Shown here: positions 59,410 to 64,000 of the stretch, one piece after another
How the letters are laid out: each line of letters opens with the position of its first letter
How positions within the stretch are numbered: position 1 is the first letter of the stretch
Origin: Thermodesulfobacteriota bacterium
GTDB taxonomy: Bacteria > Desulfobacterota > Binatia > Bin18
DNA: 64,000 nt
Direction of reading: 5' to 3'
Assembly (NCBI GenBank): GCA_964291405.2
Contig: OZ219926.1
Location: 3,936,001-4,000,000, forward strand
Notes under the pieces: generated by a model
Told to the model about the DNA's origin: nothing
The model's input: only the letters and a program-made list of their open reading frames with translations
The model's database searches: none
Translations under genes and position numbers: made by a program

Positions 59410-61167
59410 ATGGCACCAGTACATGACATACTCATTATAGGGGGCGGAGGAGCAGGACTCCGCGCTGCCATTGCCGCCGCCGAAATAAATCCTCAGCTTG
59501 ACATCGCGCTCGTCTCCAAAGTCTACCCGATGCGCAGCCATACGGTTGCAGCTGAGGGTGGAACAGCCGCCGTCATTAAAGAGAATGACAGCCTGGAAGA
59601 CCATATTAACGACACGATTACCGGTTCCGACTGGATGGCGGACCAGGATGCCGTCGAGCTCTTTGTCAATGAAGCCCCCGCCGAGCTCATCCAATTGGAG
59701 CACTGGGGATGCCCCTGGAGCCGCGAGCCCGACGGCCGTGTCGCCGTACGCCCGTTTGGCGGGATGCGGATCGAGCGGACCTGGTTTGCCGCCGACAAGA
59801 CCGGTTTCCACATGCTGCACGCCCTGTTCCAAACATCCCTGAAGTACACCACCATCAAGCGCTATGACGAGTGTTTTGCTACTACATTACTAGTAGAAAA
59901 CGACCGCTGTCAGGGAGTGACCGCTGTTGAACTGCGCAGCGGTATGGTGCAGCCGATTCTCGCCAAGGCAGTTATTATGTGTACAGGGGGGGCTGGCCGG
60001 ATCTTTCCCTTTACAACCAACGGGTCTATCAAGACTGGCGATGGCATGGCCTTGGCCTACCGAGCTGGGGTGCCACTGAAGGACATGGAGTTCGTTCAGT
60101 ACCATCCTACCGGCCTACCAGGGACAGGGATCCTGATCACCGAAGCCGCCCGTGGCGAGGGGGGGATTCTCGTTAATAAGAACGGCTACCGCTACTTACA
60201 GGACTACGACTTGGGCAAGCCGCTGGATGTCAACGATCCCGGCCACCCGCAGAAACGGACCATGGAGCTCGGTCCGCGCGACAAGCTGTCGCAGTGCTTT
60301 GTCAAAGAGCACGACAAGGGCAACACCTTGCCGGGGCCCTACGGTGACGTGGTCCACCTCGATATCCGTCACCTCGGCGAGCAAAAGATCGACAAGAAGA
60401 TCCCCTTTGTGCGTGAGCTGGCCACGAACTATGCGGGTATTGATCCGGTCTACGAGCCCATTCCGGTCCGGCCGGTGGTGCACTATATGATGGGTGGGAT
60501 CCATACCGATATTGAGACTGCGACCCCGCTGTCGGGTCTGTTCGCGGCTGGCGAGTGTGCGTGTGTCAGCCTCAACGGGGCCAACCGACTCGGCTCGAAC
60601 TCACTCACCGAACTCCTAGTGTTTGGCGCCAGGGCTGGCCGGGCGGCTGCCGCGTTTGCCCAGGAACAGCCAGGGTGTGACACTCAGGCCCTTGAGGCCC
60701 AAGCCAAAGACGAGCAAACGCGTATCCAGCAGCAGTTCATCAACAAGACGGGTGGCACCGAGCGCATCGCCAGCCTGCGCACCGAGATGACGAAGACCAT
60801 GGAGGCTGGGGCTGGCATTTATCGGACCCAGGACTCGCTGCAAGAGACCTGTGATAAGGTGTCCGAACTCAAGGAGCGATTTGCCAATATCACCCTTGAT
60901 GATCGCAGTTTGACCTTTAATACCGACTTAACTGCAGCGCTGGAGTTGGAATGTATGCTGGATGTGGCCGAGGCCGTGGCCTATTCCGCAGTCGCGCGGA
61001 AAGAGTCGCGCGGCTCTCACCAGCGCATTGACCACCCCCAGCGCGACGACGAAAACTTCCTGGCCCACTCTATGGCCTACCGAACCGATGACGGTCCGCC
61101 ACGCATCGAGTACCGGGATGTGGTCATCACCCGTTGGCCCCCTGCTGAACGTAAATATGGAGATTAA
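59410..61167 (+). CDS. frdA: Fumarate reductase/succinate dehydrogenase flavoprotein
   Basis: [10 protein letters not shown] (covalent FAD His), [33 protein letters not shown]. Confidence 0.93.
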   Translation: MAPVHDILIIGGGGAGLRAAIAAAEINPQLDIALVSKVYPMRSHTVAAEGGTAAVIKENDSLEDHINDTITGSDWMADQDAVELFVNEAPAELIQLEHWGCPWSREPDGRVAVRPFGGMRIERTWFAADKTGFHMLHALFQTSLKYTTIKRYDECFATTLLVENDRCQGVTAVELRSGMVQPILAKAVIMCTGGAGRIFPFTTNGSIKTGDGMALAYRAGVPLKDMEFVQYHPTGLPGTGILITEAARGEGGILVNKNGYRYLQDYDLGKPLDVNDPGHPQKRTMELGPRDKLSQCFVKEHDKGNTLPGPYGDVVHLDIRHLGEQKIDKKIPFVRELATNYAGIDPVYEPIPVRPVVHYMMGGIHTDIETATPLSGLFAAGECACVSLNGANRLGSNSLTELLVFGARAGRAAAAFAQEQPGCDTQALEAQAKDEQTRIQQQFINKTGGTERIASLRTEMTKTMEAGAGIYRTQDSLQETCDKVSELKERFANITLDDRSLTFNTDLTAALELECMLDVAEAVAYSAVARKESRGSHQRIDHPQRDDENFLAHSMAYRTDDGPPRIEYRDVVITRWPPAERKYGD

Positions 61168-61169
61168 TC

Positions 61170-61916
61170 ATGGCTGAGCCCAGCATCACGCTTGAGGTCT
61201 TCCGCTACCGACCGGAGGTCGAGCAAGAACCGACCTTCCAAAGCTACACTGTGCCCTACCGCGAGGACTGGGTTGTCCTGGATGCGCTCAACTATATTAA
61301 GGATGAGGTAGATGGCAGTTTGTCCTATCGCTGGTCCTGCCATATGGGCGTGTGCGGCAGCTGTGGAATGATGGTTAATGACGAGCCGAAGCTCAGCTGC
61401 GCGGCCTTTCTCAGAGACTATTATCCCCGGCCGATTCGGGTCGAACCGCTGGCGAATTTTCCGGTCGAGCGCGACCTGATCATCAACATGGATGACTTCA
61501 TGCACAAGCTCCAAGATGTCCAGCCGTGGATCATCCGCGAGGAAGAGAAACCAGTTTCGGAGGGGGAGTATTTGCAGAGCCCGGCCGAACTGGCCAGCTA
61601 CAAACAGTTCAGCATGTGTATCAACTGCATGTTGTGCTACGCTGCCTGCCCGGTCTACGGTCTGGAGCCAGACTTCGTTGGCCCGGCGGCGATTGCCCTG
61701 GCTCAGCGCTACAACCTCGACTCCCGTGATCAGGGCCAGGACGCCAGGCGAGAGGTCATCTCAAAGCATGAAGGGGTGTGGGAGTGTACCTTTGTGAGCG
61801 AGTGTTCTGTCGTCTGCCCCAAGCACGTGGACCCGGCTGGTGCGATCCAGCAGGCCAAGGCTTCCGGAGCCATTGACTGGTTCAAGTCCATGCTGCTGCC
61901 GAGGGGATCACAATGA
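61170..61916 (+). CDS. frdB: Fumarate reductase iron-sulfur subunit
   Basis: [35 protein letters not shown]. Confidence 0.93.
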   Translation: MAEPSITLEVFRYRPEVEQEPTFQSYTVPYREDWVVLDALNYIKDEVDGSLSYRWSCHMGVCGSCGMMVNDEPKLSCAAFLRDYYPRPIRVEPLANFPVERDLIINMDDFMHKLQDVQPWIIREEEKPVSEGEYLQSPAELASYKQFSMCINCMLCYAACPVYGLEPDFVGPAAIALAQRYNLDSRDQGQDARREVISKHEGVWECTFVSECSVVCPKHVDPAGAIQQAKASGAIDWFKSMLLPRGSQ

Positions 61917-62302
61917 GTGAACCGTACCACCGCCCGATATCCGCGACCACCTGGTGGCTGAGCAAGCGCAACTATGTGCTCTTTATGCTGCGCGAGTTGA
62001 CCAGCGTGCTCATTGCCGCCTTTCTGGTTGTTTACCTCATGCAGCTTGCCGCGCTTGCCCAAGGAGCCGAGGCGTATGTGGCAGCGGTCGAGCGGCTGGC
62101 CTCACCGGGCTGGATTGTTTTTCACCTCCTGGTGCTGATTGCCGCCCTCTACCACAGCATCACCTGGTTCAACCTGACCCCCCAAGTCATTATCGTGCGC
62201 CGGGGAGAAGAGCGTGTGCCGCCGGTCGTTATCGCCGGCTCCCACTACCTAGCGTGGTTGGCGGTGTCGGTCGTGATCATGTTGATTGTCCTGGGGAGCT
62301 GA
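61913..62302 (+). CDS. frdC: Fumarate reductase membrane anchor C
   Basis: YHRP...WW...MLRE, H-ITWF-L-P; three TM helices. Confidence 0.88.
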   Translation: MSEPYHRPISATTWWLSKRNYVLFMLRELTSVLIAAFLVVYLMQLAALAQGAEAYVAAVERLASPGWIVFHLLVLIAALYHSITWFNLTPQVIIVRRGEERVPPVVIAGSHYLAWLAVSVVIMLIVLGS

Positions 62303-62306
62303 AGAT

Positions 62307-62642
62307 ATGGCGAAGTCGGGCGAAGCGTTTTGGTGGTCTCTGTTTTCGGCCGGGGGGATGGTTGCCGCTCTCCTGGTGCCGATTCACGTCGTGCTGGGCG
62401 GCATCATGGCTCCCTTGGGTTTGGTCTCGGCCGAAACCCTGAGTAGCCTGGTTTCCCATCCGCTGACCAAGCTCTACCTATTGGTCCTCTTCTCATTGAC
62501 TTTTTTCCACTGCGTGCACCGTATCCGCCATACCCTGTACGATACCGGCCTGCGCGGCTATCAGACGCCTATTGCGGTCATCTGCTATGGCGCGGCGATT
62601 ATTGGTACGGTGGCGACGATCTTTGTCCTCGTGTCGATTTAA
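62307..62642 (+). CDS. frdD: Fumarate reductase membrane anchor D
   Basis: W-LFSAGG, HRIRH, CYG. Confidence 0.88.
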   Translation: MAKSGEAFWWSLFSAGGMVAALLVPIHVVLGGIMAPLGLVSAETLSSLVSHPLTKLYLLVLFSLTFFHCVHRIRHTLYDTGLRGYQTPIAVICYGAAIIGTVATIFVLVSI

Positions 62643-62656
62643 GTGAAGGGCTGTAT

Positions 62657-64000
62657 ATGAAAACGAGAACCGAAACAGATAGCATGGGAGCGGTCGAGGT
62701 TGCTGCCGACCGATACTGGGGCGCCCAGACCCAGCGCTCGCGGACCAACTTCCCCATCGGTGTCGAGCGTTTCCGTTTTACCCGGCCTATCATCCGGGCC
62801 ATGGGCGTGCTCAAGAAGAGCGCGGCCTTAGCCAACGGTGAGCTGGGACAACTGCCCCAGGAGAAGGTAGACCTGATCGTGCGGGCGGCCGACGAGGTGA
62901 TTTCGGGTGCCCTTGACGACCACTTTCCGCTGGTTGTCTTCCAGACCGGCTCGGGCACGCAGACCAATATGAACACCAACGAGGTGATCTCAAACCGGGC
63001 CATCGAGCTGGCCGGTGGTGAGATGGGCTCAAAGAAACCGATCCACCCCAATGACGATGTGAACCGCGGCCAGAGCTCGAACGATACCTTTCCGACCGCG
63101 ATGCACATCGCCGCGGTCGAACAGCTCGAAGACGTGTTGATTCCAGCCGTCAGCCAGTTAGCCACCACTCTGCACGCCAAGTCTGAGCAATTTAGCGACG
63201 TGGTGAAGGTCGGCCGCACGCATTTGCAGGACGCAACACCGATCACCCTGGGACAGGAGATTGGCGGCTGGGCGGCCCAACTCGACGCCGCGCTTGCCGA
63301 CGTGCGTCGGACCATTCCCGGACTGTGCGAGCTGGCGATCGGCGGAACGGCGGTCGGCACCGGCCTCAACGCCCATCCCCGGTTTGGTGACCTGGCGGCG
63401 GCCAAGATGACGGCCGAGACCGGGCGAACGTTCATCTCGGCGCCGAATAAATTCGCTTCCCTGTCGGCCCATGACGCCATGGTTACCGCCAGTGCCTCGC
63501 TACGGACCCTGGCTGGGGCGTTGATGAAGATCGCGAATGATGTGCGCTGGCTGGCGTGTGGACCGCGGGCAGGGATTGGAGAGATACTGATTCCGGCGAA
63601 CGAACCAGGTTCTTCCATCATGCCGGGCAAGGTCAACCCGACTCAGTCGGAAGCCATAACGATGGTCGCCGTGCAGGTGTTCGGCAACGACGCGGCCGTG
63701 GCCTTCGGCGGTTCGCAGGGCAACTTCCAACTCAACGTGTTCAAGCCGGTGATGGTCCACAATCTCCTCGAGTCCATTCAGCTCATCGCTGACGCATGTG
63801 GCGCCTTCAACGACCACTGTGCCGTCGGTATCGAGCCCAACCTGCCAATGATTAAGGAGCACCTGGGGAGCTCTTTAATGATTGTGACGGCACTCAACCC
63901 ACATATCGGGTATGAGAAGGCAGCCGAGATTGCCAAGAAGGCGCACGGAGACGGGACGAATCTGCGGGAAGCTGCCTTGGCGCTTGGCCACGTAACCGCT
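62657..64000 (+). CDS. fumC: Class II fumarate hydratase (3'-truncated by the window edge)
   Basis: [47 protein letters not shown] read directly from the sequence; no stop before the window end. Confidence 0.96.
   Translation, partial: MKTRTETDSMGAVEVAADRYWGAQTQRSRTNFPIGVERFRFTRPIIRAMGVLKKSAALANGELGQLPQEKVDLIVRAADEVISGALDDHFPLVVFQTGSGTQTNMNTNEVISNRAIELAGGEMGSKKPIHPNDDVNRGQSSNDTFPTAMHIAAVEQLEDVLIPAVSQLATTLHAKSEQFSDVVKVGRTHLQDATPITLGQEIGGWAAQLDAALADVRRTIPGLCELAIGGTAVGTGLNAHPRFGDLAAAKMTAETGRTFISAPNKFASLSAHDAMVTASASLRTLAGALMKIANDVRWLACGPRAGIGEILIPANEPGSSIMPGKVNPTQSEAITMVAVQVFGNDAAVAFGGSQGNFQLNVFKPVMVHNLLESIQLIADACGAFNDHCAVGIEPNLPMIKEHLGSSLMIVTALNPHIGYEKAAEIAKKAHGDGTNLREAALALGHVTA

Overview
GC-rich bacterial DNA dominated by small-molecule catabolic and redox enzymes. 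It holds nine luciferase-like (LLM) flavin/F420 oxidoreductases, four SDRs, amidohydrolases, a tandem DUF1329 pair, a three-domain Rid protein, a minus-strand aromatic ring-degradation operon, arsM and a SorAB-like Mo enzyme/cytochrome c pair. It ends in an mdh-frdABCD-fumC operon. The gene content resembles Binatia-like deltaproteobacteria, which is an inference only. The most striking signal is at 46.4-49.4 kb, where two convergent genes each contain an in-frame TGA followed by a hairpin of identical geometry (3-nt loop starting with G at +18), consistent with bacterial SECIS elements. One gene is an AhpD/CMD-family CxxU protein, a known selenoprotein type. The other is a linalool dehydratase/isomerase-like protein whose apparent stop is probably Sec in a C-terminal S-U-S-C-C tail, a candidate new selenoprotein family. 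Three single-site frameshifts suggest long-read indel errors. Several REP/MITE-like intergenic palindromes are present. I saw no rRNA, tRNA, CRISPR array or transposase. All family calls come from motif recognition by eye; no database searches were run.
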